A stretch of DNA of 39,597 bases. Origin: Pseudomonadota bacterium. GTDB taxonomy: Bacteria > Desulfobacterota > Desulfobulbia > Desulfobulbales > DAOVYS01. The DNA lies in the NCBI GenBank assembly GCA_030635485.1, contig DAOVYS010000002.1, positions 1 to 39,597 of the forward strand, given 5' to 3'. Positions 1-8,494 of the stretch are shown here, piece by piece (position 1 is the stretch's first letter; every line of letters starts with the position of its first letter). The notes under the pieces were generated by a model. It was given only the letters and a program-made list of their open reading frames with translations, made no database searches and was not told the origin of the DNA. A program made the position numbers and the translations under genes.

Positions 1-203
1 CACTGTTCACGGCAACAGGATTAACGGCCCAATTAAACTTCTTTTTCTACATAGGCATAGCATTTACAAGTATTGCGCTCTTCTATCAGCACCTCGTAGT
101 GACACCCAGGGATCTATCCAGAATCCAATTCTCCTTTTTCACCTTAAACGGACTGATCAGCCTGACCCTTTTTGTCGCAACATGGCTCTCGCTGGTAGTC
201 TAG
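1..203 (+). CDS. 3' end of a UbiA-family (polyprenyltransferase-like) membrane protein gene, truncated by the window edge
   Basis: The open frame from nt 3 to TAG at 201-203 translates to LFTATGLTAQLNFFFYIGIAFTSIALFYQHLVVTPRDLSRIQFSFFTLNGLISLTLFVATWLSLVV*. It is very hydrophobic and resembles the C-terminal helices of UbiA-type prenyltransferases. The family call is from memory, not a search. Confidence 0.4.
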   Translation, partial: LFTATGLTAQLNFFFYIGIAFTSIALFYQHLVVTPRDLSRIQFSFFTLNGLISLTLFVATWLSLVV

Positions 204-446
204 GAGGCCTTCAGCCTTCAGGACTTCAGCCTAAACAACTTAAGCGGTTACAAAATATTTTTCCGTCCATTGCCGATTGCATCATTACTCCTTGAATTTC
301 CAATTTCTTTCAATGATTCCCCTATACAATCTCTACAACAAATCACCGTCCATTTTTTGACGCTAAAACATGTTGAAAAGTGAGATAAGATTCCGATCTT
401 CTTCATCCTTCAGCCACAATTTGCTCACCCACCTTGAGCCCAAAAT

Positions 447-494
447 ATGCTACATATTGTGGTAAATAGTTCTTGACAATACCACATATTGTAT
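447..494 (+). promoter_or_regulatory. Tandem NrdR-box-like operators upstream of nrdJ
   Basis: Two 16-mers, atgctacatattgtgg (447-462) and ataccacatattgtat (479-494), match the palindromic NrdR box ACACAATATATTGTGT at about 11/16 and 12/16. Both share ACATATTGT. Their centres are 32 bp apart, the spacing typical of tandem NrdR boxes. A TTGACA hexamer (473-478) lies between them. Confidence 0.5.
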
Positions 495-545
495 AGTTTC
501 TTTAAACCCAGCAACACAAAAAAATCAATCTCAAGGAGGATTCCT

Positions 546-3032
546 GTGGATCAAAAAACAAAAATTCTGGTCACTGAAGATGGAAGTTTCGATCTAGGCA
601 CATACCGCTGGGACGATCGCCGCTTCTCAGATCTCCTGCTTAAAGAAAACCGTATTGACGCGGATAAAGCCATCGAATTAAGCAAATTTCTTCGTGATGA
701 AATCGCAAAGATGGAAATCCATACCATAACCATGCCGATTATTGAAAACATCATTAACGCCAAACTCAAGAAATATGGTCTTACAAAGTCGACCCCGATC
801 CGTCTGGACAAGTCCATATTCATCCCGAACGAGCCCCTCCTGTCACCAAATGCCCAAACGGTCCTGGAAAGGAGATACCTTAAAAAAGATGTCAAGGGCC
901 GGCTCAAGGAAAGGGCCGACCAGATGTTCAGGCGTGTTGCAAAACACATTGCCAAGGCGGAGTCCAAGTTTGAAGATTCTTCCAAGGTCAAGGAGATAGA
1001 GGAAAATTTCTATAAAATGATGACCGAGTTCAAATTCCTCCCCAACTCTCCGACTCTTATGAATGCCGGGCGTCGGCTGGGACAGTTGGCAGCCTGCTTT
1101 GTCCTGCCGATCAATGACAGCCTGGACGAGATCTTCAATTCAGTCAAGAACGCGGCCATAATCCACAAATCAGGCGGCGGGACCGGATTCGACTTTTCAA
1201 AGCTCAGGCCGAAAAACAGCCGGGTGGGAACCACGGGCGGTGTTGCGTCAGGTCCGATTTCGTTTATGAAGATATTTAACACCGCCACTGAACAGGTAAA
1301 ACAGGGCGGCACGCGCCGTGGCGCGAATATGGCCATTTTACGGGTAGATCACCCTGATATTATGGAATTTATCCGGTGCAAGACCAAAAACGATGAACTG
1401 AATAACTTCAATATCTCAGTCTCTGTAACCGACCAATTCATGAAAGCGGTGAAAAATGACACTGGTTATGATCTGATCGACCCAAGAGACAACCGGAAAT
1501 CCGGCTCGCTCAATGCCCGAAAAGTCTACGAGGCCCTGGTAAACCGGGCCTGGGAAAATGGAGATCCAGGCATCATATTTCTTGACAGGATCAATAAGGA
1601 CAACCCGACCCCCGAACTTGGATCCCTGGACAGCACTAATCCCTGCGGCGAACAACCACTGCTTCCAATGGAGGCGTGTAATCTCGGATCAATCAACCTG
1701 GCCAAGATGGTGACGAAAAAATCAGACAAGGCTGAAATCAATTACAAATCTCTTAAGGAAACCATCTGGGGTGCAGTCCGTTTTCTTGATGATACGATAG
1801 ATAGGTCCAAATACCCGCTTCCGGCAATCGATCATATGGTAAAGGGAAACCGCAAGATCGGACTCGGGGTTATGGGTTTTGCCGACATGCTGTATCAACT
1901 CGAGATTCCCTACAACTCGGAAAAGGCCCTGAACATTGCCGAGAAGGTCATGCATTTCATCCAGATCGAATCGCATGACGCCTCCACCTATCTGGCGGAT
2001 TCAAGAGGGACCTTCCCGAATTTTGACAAGAGCGTGTTCAAGGACCGTGATGACTGCAATTACCGGAATGCCACCACAACCACCATTGCGCCGACAGGCA
2101 CACTCTCCATAATCGCGGATTGTTCCAGCGGCATCGAACCCCTGTTCGCCTTAAGTTTTGTCAGGAGGGTAATGGACAATGACGAACTGCTGGAGGTTAA
2201 TCCCCATTTTGAAAAAGTTGCCAGGGAAAGAGGCTTTTACAGCCGGAAATTGATGGACACCATAGCCAGGCAGGGAAGCATCCATTCCCTGCCGGAAGTG
2301 CCCGAGGACGTGAAAAAAATCTTTGTAACAGCCCATGACGTGTCACCGGAATGGCATATCCGCATGCAGGCCGCGTTCCAGAAACAGACTGACAATGCTG
2401 TCTCCAAAACAGTCAACCTGCCCAAGGAAGCCTCTGAAGAGGATGTCCGGAGTGTGTATGATCTATCATATGAATTAAAATGCAAGGGCGTTACGATTTA
2501 CAGGGACGGCAGCAAGGAAAACCAGGTGCTCTCATTCTCGGAAGCTGAAAAAAAATCCAAAGGGCTCTTTACGGAAAGCATGGAGCGGCCCGATATTCTG
2601 AAAGGCTTTACAGCAAAAATGAAGACCGGTATGGGGAATCTCTATGTCACGGTAACGGAATATGAGGGACGTCCATTCGAGGTCTTTGCCACCATAGGAA
2701 AATCAGGCAAATCCACAACAGCCAAGACAGAGGCCATTGGACGGCTTGTATCACTATCCCTCCGTTCCGGAATACGGGTGGAAAAGATAGTGGAACAGCT
2801 CAAGGGTATCTGTGGAGAACACCCTATATTTCATGAAGGAGGCATGGTGCTCTCAATACCGGATGCCATAAGCAGAATCCTTGAAAAACAATATATGACG
2901 AACAAATCAGACCAAAAGGGCGCAGAGCAACACAGCCTCATGGGAGAGGTATGCCCGGATTGCGGACAGACCGTGAGCTTTGAAGAGGGCTGCATGACGT
3001 GTCATTTCTGTGGTTTTTCCAAGTGCGGGTAA
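546..3032 (+). CDS. nrdJ: Class II adenosylcobalamin-dependent ribonucleotide reductase
   Basis: The ORF track gives 489..3032. I prefer the in-frame GTG at 546, which sits 5 nt after AGGAGGA (534-540). The protein has RNR hallmarks, including the TNPCGEQPL active-site loop. It is monomeric-NrdJ-like in length and has a C-terminal Cys-rich tail (CPDCGQ...CMTCHFCGFSKCG). Confidence 0.9.
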   Translation: MDQKTKILVTEDGSFDLGTYRWDDRRFSDLLLKENRIDADKAIELSKFLRDEIAKMEIHTITMPIIENIINAKLKKYGLTKSTPIRLDKSIFIPNEPLLSPNAQTVLERRYLKKDVKGRLKERADQMFRRVAKHIAKAESKFEDSSKVKEIEENFYKMMTEFKFLPNSPTLMNAGRRLGQLAACFVLPINDSLDEIFNSVKNAAIIHKSGGGTGFDFSKLRPKNSRVGTTGGVASGPISFMKIFNTATEQVKQGGTRRGANMAILRVDHPDIMEFIRCKTKNDELNNFNISVSVTDQFMKAVKNDTGYDLIDPRDNRKSGSLNARKVYEALVNRAWENGDPGIIFLDRINKDNPTPELGSLDSTNPCGEQPLLPMEACNLGSINLAKMVTKKSDKAEINYKSLKETIWGAVRFLDDTIDRSKYPLPAIDHMVKGNRKIGLGVMGFADMLYQLEIPYNSEKALNIAEKVMHFIQIESHDASTYLADSRGTFPNFDKSVFKDRDDCNYRNATTTTIAPTGTLSIIADCSSGIEPLFALSFVRRVMDNDELLEVNPHFEKVARERGFYSRKLMDTIARQGSIHSLPEVPEDVKKIFVTAHDVSPEWHIRMQAAFQKQTDNAVSKTVNLPKEASEEDVRSVYDLSYELKCKGVTIYRDGSKENQVLSFSEAEKKSKGLFTESMERPDILKGFTAKMKTGMGNLYVTVTEYEGRPFEVFATIGKSGKSTTAKTEAIGRLVSLSLRSGIRVEKIVEQLKGICGEHPIFHEGGMVLSIPDAISRILEKQYMTNKSDQKGAEQHSLMGEVCPDCGQTVSFEEGCMTCHFCGFSKCG

Positions 3033-3207
3033 AACACTCACTTTAAAAAGGCAATAAAAAACGGAGGGTGGCACACACCAGGCTAAATCGGAACCAACCT
3101 CTTTTGCATACGGATCACGCCGGATCAATTCTTCTGACCGTAACTGATCGCGGGGGCAAGGTAACCAGACAACGGTTACCCCCCTCCCCTTACCGTATAA
3201 GATAGCG

Positions 3208-3292
3208 GTACAAGTGGTGCAGGTTTGCCCTGAGCACCTCCAAAAAGGGCATTTACTCGTACTCGCGCACGTGTGCAGATGCGCCGCCTTGT
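3208..3292. repeat. Family A structured repeat, short or degenerate copy (A5)
   Basis: gtacaagtggtgcaggtttgccc (3208-) resembles the left end of copy A2 (gtatgagttcaccagtggtgcaggctt). tgtgcagatgcgccgcc (3272-3288) matches the conserved CGTGCAG(A/C)TG..GC box of copies A1-A3. ctgatcgcg (3143-3151) suggests a possible leftward extension. Confidence 0.35.
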
Positions 3293-3354
3293 TTTTGACC
3301 TGCTCATCTCTCCCTCCTATACTCAATACACAACCATATTGGAGATTGAGTTAA

Positions 3355-3522
3355 ATGACCCCAAAAGATATCCGTTGGGAACAACGCTTTGCAAACTACC
3401 AAAAGGCCTTAAATCAGCTGCCTAACCCGACCTACATAAGACGTTGTTTTTATGTAGATGGGTTGAACGAATGTTTACGACTCCCTATGATCCATATGAC
3501 CCCAACAAGATTCCCAAAATAA
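3355..3522 (+). pseudogene. N-terminal fragment of an HI0074-family nucleotidyltransferase substrate-binding (HEPN-type) protein gene
   Basis: This 55-codon ORF is below the ORF-track cutoff. It encodes MTPKDIRWEQRFANYQKALNQLPNPTYIRRCFYVDGLNECLRLPMIHMTPTRFPK*. The first ~22 aa match the DIRWxQRFxNxxKAL N-terminus I recall for HI0074/HEPN proteins of MNT-HEPN pairs (normally ~130-140 aa). The rest is unrelated and AT-rich. GGAG lies at 3341-3344. Confidence 0.4.
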
Positions 3523-3615
3523 ATAAAATGGAAACGAGAAAAACGATGCATCGTGATATGTGTTGACAAAAGAAACTCATTTGGCTAACTGTAGGCTATG
3601 TAATTATTTGAATAT

Positions 3616-3838
3616 GATCAAAATAGAACATTATTCTGATATAGGGGCATGGTCAGGATAAAATTCTCTTTAGATCAAGCTCAAAAGTCGTAGCATAGAT
3701 CAAAAGTATCAATAATAATATAGCGATTTTATTATACATTGTGACTTATATCTGAATTCTAACCCCTGGCCTTTACCCCCTACGTAGTACAAGCATAAAG
3801 GTTGTTTCGATCCTAGTCCATATTGTTCTATTTTGGTC
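3616..3838. repeat. AT-rich ~220-bp segment bounded by a 19-bp imperfect inverted repeat (possible MITE or IS-end relic)
   Basis: gatcaaaatagaacattat (3616-3634) matches the reverse complement of ataatgttctattttggtc-like ccatattgttctattttggtc (3820-3838 core) at 17/19. There is no ORF of 60 aa or more inside. Confidence 0.3.
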
Positions 3839-3924
3839 ACACCCATTTTGTTTAACCAGTTTTTTAAAAAAATAATTACGTATCATCCAATTTTGACTAA
3901 TAAAAAAAAAGAAGGAGGCATGTA

Positions 3925-4851
3925 ATGTTTAATAAAATTTTATTCGTTACCACCGGTTCGCCTAACTGTAATAACGCCGGCAAGACAGCTTTTGATCTCG
4001 CAAAACAACACAAATCGACCCTTTATATATTGAATGTCTTCGGTGTCCCAGGCCACGGTGAAGGCCCTTTTGTCATCGATATCCACACTGGTGAAGAAAA
4101 AAGTAGTATAAACCAGGAATATGTCGAAGGGGTGAAGGAGGGGATAAAAACTACATATGCCGATCAACTGAAGGAAGTTGGATCAGCGATTATTGATTGT
4201 GTTGCAGGTGTTCCTCATACCGAAATTTTACGAAAGGCTCGAAAAGAGGATGTCGATCTGATCATTATGGGAGCCCATACACACCCGGAAGATATCGGTG
4301 CTACCCGCTATCGAAAAATCGTGGGCAGTACCATGGAGCGGGTGGCAAAAAAGGCCAGCTGCCCGGTAGTTATCATCAGTCGGCCGTGTACGGCCTGCTT
4401 TCAGAGTTCCAGCAATATCATTTTAGGAACTGATTTTTCCAAAGCTGCGTATTCGGCATTTTTATTTGCATACAAGGTTGCTAAAACGGTCGGATGCAAA
4501 TTGTACATTTTCCACACAATAGACCTGAAAGATATTCAAATCGGATATTATACTCAGGAAGAAATCGAAAGAGATGTGGAAAACGCCCGTAAGAAAATTG
4601 AAAAAATCTACGTGCCGGAAATGAAGGGGTTTGATAATTATGAGATTGGAGTTTGTGAAGGCATTCCGTATATGGAGATCCTGAAATTCGCCCGGGAGAA
4701 AAATGCTGATTTAATCGTTATGTCTCATCATGCCCGTGAAACTGACCCAGAAAAGGCCTTAATCGGAAGCACGGTTGAACAAGTCATATTAAGATCATCA
4801 TGCCCGGTTGCCAGCGTCAATCGACCGGACAAAGTTGCCATGGTCGATTAA
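3925..4851 (+). CDS. Universal stress protein with two tandem UspA domains
   Basis: The 308-aa ORF has an ATG 8 nt after AGGAGG (3913-3918). Both halves show USP-like patterns (ILFVTTGSP...DLIIMGAHT...GSTMERVAKKASCPVVII and ...DLIVMSHH...GSTVEQVILRSSCPVASV). Confidence 0.85.
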   Translation: MFNKILFVTTGSPNCNNAGKTAFDLAKQHKSTLYILNVFGVPGHGEGPFVIDIHTGEEKSSINQEYVEGVKEGIKTTYADQLKEVGSAIIDCVAGVPHTEILRKARKEDVDLIIMGAHTHPEDIGATRYRKIVGSTMERVAKKASCPVVIISRPCTACFQSSSNIILGTDFSKAAYSAFLFAYKVAKTVGCKLYIFHTIDLKDIQIGYYTQEEIERDVENARKKIEKIYVPEMKGFDNYEIGVCEGIPYMEILKFAREKNADLIVMSHHARETDPEKALIGSTVEQVILRSSCPVASVNRPDKVAMVD

Positions 4852-4976
4852 GTCTCTATGGGGAATACGGAGCATAAGAGGTAAAAATAGCCATTGACCG
4901 CCGAAGAGATCGAAGAAAATAATACCGGCTTTCAGAAAAAAGCTACAGATCAAAGGAGTGGCGTCAACAAAAAAAG

Positions 4977-5012
4977 AGCTGCTATTGACAAACGTCAATA
5001 GCAGCTTTTTTT
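4977..5012. terminator. Bidirectional rho-independent terminator between the usp gene (+) and rplQ (-)
   Basis: A perfect 13-bp stem, agctgctattgac (4977-4989) / gtcaatagcagct (4994-5006), has loop aaac. A T7 run follows on the plus strand (5006-5012). An A7 run at 4969-4975 precedes it, which reads as a U-run for the minus-strand transcript. Confidence 0.8.
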
Positions 5013-5034
5013 ATATAATGCAAAAACAGCGAAT

Positions 5035-5421
5035 CTATTCTTCGATATCCTCGCCGTCATCTTCCTTGTAATTAACAAGTTCCAGAATCGCCATCGGCGC
5101 CGCGTCACCGGCCCTGTTACCGGTCAAAATGATCCGGGTGTAACCGCCGTTCCTGTCCATATATTCATCCCTAAGCTCACCAAAGAGCTTGGCAACGACC
5201 CTCTTATCCTGAACCACGGTCAAGGCCTGACGCCTTGCGTGCAAATCACCCCTCTTGCCCAGGGTGATCATCTTGTCCGCTACCTTCCTGACTTCCTTAG
5301 CTTTTGGCGTTGTGGTTACGATCCGCTCATGATCCAGAAGCGAAGTCACCATATTTCTCACCATTGCCAGCCGATGGGACGTTGTACGCCCGAGTCTCCT
5401 TCCTGCTTTGCGATGCCTCAT
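5035..5421 (-). CDS. rplQ: 50S ribosomal protein L17 (bL17)
   Basis: The ORF begins [17 protein letters not shown], the canonical L17 N-terminus. It starts 3 nt after the rpoA stop. Confidence 0.95.
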   Translation of the reverse strand: MRHRKAGRRLGRTTSHRLAMVRNMVTSLLDHERIVTTTPKAKEVRKVADKMITLGKRGDLHARRQALTVVQDKRVVAKLFGELRDEYMDRNGGYTRIILTGNRAGDAAPMAILELVNYKEDDGEDIEE

Positions 5422-5424
5422 ATT

Positions 5425-6510
5425 CTAACCCTCACTCTGGGCGTTTTCAGCTTTTTCAGCGCTGCCGGTGCCTGTGCTGCTGGATGATTCCGGTGTCTCC
5501 CAGCCCTCAAGCTGCATTCCAAGCGTAAGATCCATCTCTGCCAACAGCTGTTTTATCTCGTTAAGTGACTTGCGGCCAAAATTCTTGGTCTTAAGCATTT
5601 CAGTTTCGGTTTTCTGAACCAATTCGCCGATATAGCAAATATTCGCATTTCGAAGACAATTGGCGGACCTGACCGATAGTTCAAGATCTTCCACGCTTCG
5701 GTACAAATTCTCATTAAGGGGCGGGGTCTTATCTTCTTCATCAGGAATCTCTTCCGGCTTCACCTGATCCTCATCAAAATTAATAAAGACCGTCATCTGC
5801 TCCTTGAAAATCTTGGCTGCATAGGCAAGGGCATCCTCAGGCCTGACGCTGCCGTCGGTAGACAACTCTATAGTCAACTTGTCATAGTCAGTCTGCTGAC
5901 CTACCCTGGCTTGGGTGACCACCATCTTCACCTTTTTGATCGGCGTAAATACGGAATCTATAGGAATAAGACCTATGGTCTGTTCCTCAGGCTTATTCTT
6001 CTCTGCCGGGGCATAGCCCTTTCCCCACTCAACGTTGAATTCCCCGACAAACTTGCCGTTTCCGGTAATGGTGCAGATATGCTTGTCAGGATTCATGACA
6101 TCACAGAGTTTATCTGTTATTAAATCCGCAGCAGTAACCGGCCCCACCTTGCTAACGTCGACTTTAACAATTGCCGACGCCGGCGAATTCAAACCAAACC
6201 GGACTTCCTTCAGATTGAGGATGATCTCGGTCACGTCTTCCATAATCCCCGAAAGCGTACAAAACTCATGCTCGACATCTTCAATCTTCACAGAGGTAAT
6301 CGCAGCACCCTGAATGGAAGAAAGAAGAATACGGCGCAGAGAATTGCCGATGGTCGTTGCAAATCCCCGCTCCAACGGCTGGCAGACAAATTTAGCGTAG
6401 CACTCGGTGCGGCTGTCCTGATCTACATCCAGGCGCTCCGGGCTAATCAACTCACGCCAATTTCGGTAAAACGGAACAGATTCCTGTGTCGGTTCTTGAT
6501 TGTTATCCAT
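5425..6510 (-). CDS. rpoA: DNA-directed RNA polymerase subunit alpha
   Basis: The ORF track gives 5425..6591. The upstream 27 codons run into repeat A1, so I start at ATG 6510 ([29 protein letters not shown]...). It has the alpha NTD and CTD (…[20 protein letters not shown]…) plus a ~30-aa Ser/Glu-rich C-terminal tail. No strong SD precedes it. Confidence 0.9.
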   Translation of the reverse strand: MDNNQEPTQESVPFYRNWRELISPERLDVDQDSRTECYAKFVCQPLERGFATTIGNSLRRILLSSIQGAAITSVKIEDVEHEFCTLSGIMEDVTEIILNLKEVRFGLNSPASAIVKVDVSKVGPVTAADLITDKLCDVMNPDKHICTITGNGKFVGEFNVEWGKGYAPAEKNKPEEQTIGLIPIDSVFTPIKKVKMVVTQARVGQQTDYDKLTIELSTDGSVRPEDALAYAAKIFKEQMTVFINFDEDQVKPEEIPDEEDKTPPLNENLYRSVEDLELSVRSANCLRNANICYIGELVQKTETEMLKTKNFGRKSLNEIKQLLAEMDLTLGMQLEGWETPESSSSTGTGSAEKAENAQSEG

Positions 6511-6559
6511 AATCGTAAATATTCGGGTACGTGTGAAAAACTTTAAAAAGCCACGGAAT

Positions 6560-6720
6560 GTAAATGTTTGGCAGTGCACCCCCAAGGGCACTTCCTGCGG
6601 GGCGCTTCAGGTGCACGCGCCCAACGGAAGTGGACTTGGGGTATGATCAGGCTGGAGAACTATAGTTGGCTATATGAACCAACCTGATCGCGTGCAGATG
6701 GAGTGCTGCCCAATATTTAC
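6560..6720. repeat. Family A structured repeat, full copy (A1), in the rpsD-rpoA spacer
   Basis: The terminal inverted repeat is gtaaatgtttggcagtgcac (6560-6579) / gtgctgcccaatatttac (6703-6720). Inner arms are 6580-6595/6626-6641 (14/16) and 6645-6655/6679-6689 (10/11). It carries the ATGATCAGG...CTATAG core (6643-6665) and the CGTGCAGATGGAGTGCTG box (6691-6708), both shared with the other copies. Confidence 0.65.
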
Positions 6721-6732
6721 CCATAATCTCTA

Positions 6733-7362
6733 TTATTTGGAGTAAAGTTCAACAATTAGCTGTTCCTGAATCGGCATGGTGATATCCTCACGCGCAGGCA
6801 AAGCCTTTACTCTTCCTTTGTGATTCTCTGTCTCTAATTCCAACCAGGCAGGAACACCTCTCCGAACTACAGCAGCCAGTGCATCGTTGATAACGCCCAC
6901 TTTCCGGCTTTTTTCCTTGATCGTGATCTCGTCGCCGACAGAAACCTGGTATGAAGGGATATTCACCTTCTTCCCATTAACCAGAACATGGTTATGTCGT
7001 ACAATCTGCCTAGCCTGATTCCTGGACCCGGCAAAACCCATCCTGAAAAGTGTATTATCAAGCCTGGTCTCAAGCAGAATGAGAAGATTCTCACCGGTTA
7101 TGCCTTTTTTGGATTCAGCTATCTTAAAATATTTCTTGAACTGCCCCTCAAGCATGCCGTACATACGGCGGACTTTCTGCTTTTCTCGAAGCTGAATCGC
7201 ATAATCAGAGGCTTTGCGCATACGGGCCTGACCATGCTGACCAGGAGGATACGCCCTTCTTTCAAAGGAACATTTGTCAGAATAACACCTGTCACCTTTC
7301 AGAAATAGTTTCAAATTTTCCCTTCGGCATTGCCGGCAGACAGCGCCTCTATATCTTGCCAA
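6733..7362 (-). CDS. rpsD: 30S ribosomal protein S4 (uS4), Cys-rich (zinc-type) form
   Basis: The ORF track gives 6733..7398. I start at TTG 7362, 6 nt after GGAGGA (7369-7374 on the plus strand), giving (M)[25 protein letters not shown], the canonical S4 N-terminus. Confidence 0.92.
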   Translation of the reverse strand: MARYRGAVCRQCRRENLKLFLKGDRCYSDKCSFERRAYPPGQHGQARMRKASDYAIQLREKQKVRRMYGMLEGQFKKYFKIAESKKGITGENLLILLETRLDNTLFRMGFAGSRNQARQIVRHNHVLVNGKKVNIPSYQVSVGDEITIKEKSRKVGVINDALAAVVRRGVPAWLELETENHKGRVKALPAREDITMPIQEQLIVELYSK

Positions 7363-7448
7363 TTTAGATCCTCCATACAACGTCGGCCAAATCACCAAAG
7401 ATTATATTAGGCCGACAAATATAATCACATATAATGTCTTATTGTATC

Positions 7449-7504
7449 GTAACCGTTCACCAGGACTACGAACTTACGGAACCGCCGGTGTGTAAGTGTT
7501 CACC
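7449..7504. repeat. 56-nt repeat module (B2) starting and ending with the 13-nt family A terminal motif
   Basis: gtaaccgttcaccaggactacgaacttacggaaccgccggtgtgtaagtgttcacc is about 85% identical (hand count, 49/57 columns) to 14398-14453. It lies in the 155-nt rpsK-rpsD spacer. Confidence 0.65.
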
Positions 7505-7517
7505 GCATCGGGAAAAA

Positions 7518-7910
7518 TCAGACCCTTCTTCTCTTCGGGGGCTTACATCCGTTGTGAGGTATGGGTGTGACGTCGCAGATACGACTGACTTCAAGTCCCG
7601 CGCCCTGAATCGCCCTTAAAGCAGCTTCCCTCCCAGGTCCAGGGCCCTTAACCATTACTTCCACCTTCCTAAGGCCATGTTCCATCGCCTTTTTGGCGGC
7701 AGCATCAACCGCGTTCTGGGCGGCAAACGGAGTGCTCTTCCTTGATCCTTTAAATCCAAGGCATCCGGCGCTGGACCAGGACATTACATTTCCCTGCCTG
7801 TCGGAAAAGGTCACCAAAGTATTGTTAAAGGTGGATTTAATATGCACAATCCCTTCAGGGATATTCTTTTTTTCTTTGCGCTTAACTCTCTTTGTCTTCG
7901 GGCTAGCCAT
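7518..7910 (-). CDS. rpsK: 30S ribosomal protein S11 (uS11)
   Basis: [31 protein letters not shown]... is a canonical S11. It sits between rpsM and rpsD. Confidence 0.95.
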   Translation of the reverse strand: MASPKTKRVKRKEKKNIPEGIVHIKSTFNNTLVTFSDRQGNVMSWSSAGCLGFKGSRKSTPFAAQNAVDAAAKKAMEHGLRKVEVMVKGPGPGREAALRAIQGAGLEVSRICDVTPIPHNGCKPPKRRRV

Positions 7911-7948
7911 AGTGTCTCCAGATTAAGACTAAATTAAACTTAGCTTTA

Positions 7949-8317
7949 CTACTTTTTCTTGACACCGGGGCTCCGCCTCGGTCCTTTCCGCGTACGTGCA
8001 TTGGTGCTGGTCCTCTGCCCTCTGCAGGGCAGACCTCTACGATGCCTGAGTCCACGGTAGCAACCAAGATCCATCAAACGCTTGATGTCCATGGCAACAA
8101 TCCGGCGTCTGTCACCTTCAACCATGTATCCATCGTCAATGATCTTACGAATCTTGACCACATCCTGATCAGTCAGATTGTCGCTGCTGAAATTATGTGC
8201 CATCCCTGCCTTATCCAGAATCATACGGGCCGAGGTCCGGCCAATTCCGTAAATATAGGTCAGAGCGATCTCCATATGTTTATTTTTCGGCAAATCTACG
8301 CCTGCTATGCGTGCCAA
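7949..8317 (-). CDS. rpsM: 30S ribosomal protein S13 (uS13)
   Basis: (M)[25 protein letters not shown]... is a canonical S13. The start codon is TTG (plus-strand caa at 8315-8317), preceded by a GGGGGA SD. Confidence 0.95.
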   Translation of the reverse strand: MARIAGVDLPKNKHMEIALTYIYGIGRTSARMILDKAGMAHNFSSDNLTDQDVVKIRKIIDDGYMVEGDRRRIVAMDIKRLMDLGCYRGLRHRRGLPCRGQRTSTNARTRKGPRRSPGVKKK

Positions 8318-8351
8318 GGTTGTCCCCCTATCACTCTCTTATGGAAAACGG

Positions 8352-8465
8352 CTATCCTTGCCGTTGCTTATGCTTCTTTATCTTGCAGTCAACCCGCACT
8401 ACGCCCTTCCGCTTATACACACGACAGTCGCTGCACATTTTTTTAACCGATGCCCTTACTTTCAT
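8352..8465 (-). CDS. rpmJ: 50S ribosomal protein L36 (bL36), Cys3-His zinc form
   Basis: Hand translation, since it is below the ORF-track cutoff: [37 protein letters not shown]. It lies between infA and rpsM as usual. Confidence 0.9.
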   Translation of the reverse strand: MKVRASVKKMCSDCRVYKRKGVVRVDCKIKKHKQRQG

Positions 8466-8494
8466 CGTACTAACCTCAATTTCATGTATAATCG

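Noticed and set aside
204-545. A cobalamin riboswitch or other leader upstream of nrdJ, and a sigma70 promoter using TTGACA (473-478).
   Set aside because: I saw no B12-box-like sequence. The only -10 candidates (TATTGT 487-492, TATAGT 492-497) sit 8 and 13 nt from the -35 hexamer, which is non-canonical spacing. I do not call a promoter.
2907-3326. A Cys-rich 139-aa minus-strand ORF overlapping the 3' end of nrdJ and the family A-like repeat.
   Set aside because: It is antisense to the nrdJ zinc-finger tail and then runs through repeat sequence. It has no SD and no recognisable domain, so it is most likely spurious.
3033-3354. A residual MNT (nucleotidyltransferase antitoxin) coding sequence upstream of the HEPN fragment.
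   Set aside because: Three-frame reading by eye shows no GSxxRG/DxD nucleotidyltransferase motif. The region is mostly repeat or hairpin sequence.
6511-6591. The 27-codon N-terminal extension of rpoA in the ORF track ([27 protein letters not shown]).
   Set aside because: The extension is read through repeat element A1 and has no similarity to alpha-subunit N-termini. The conserved N-terminus begins near ATG 6510.
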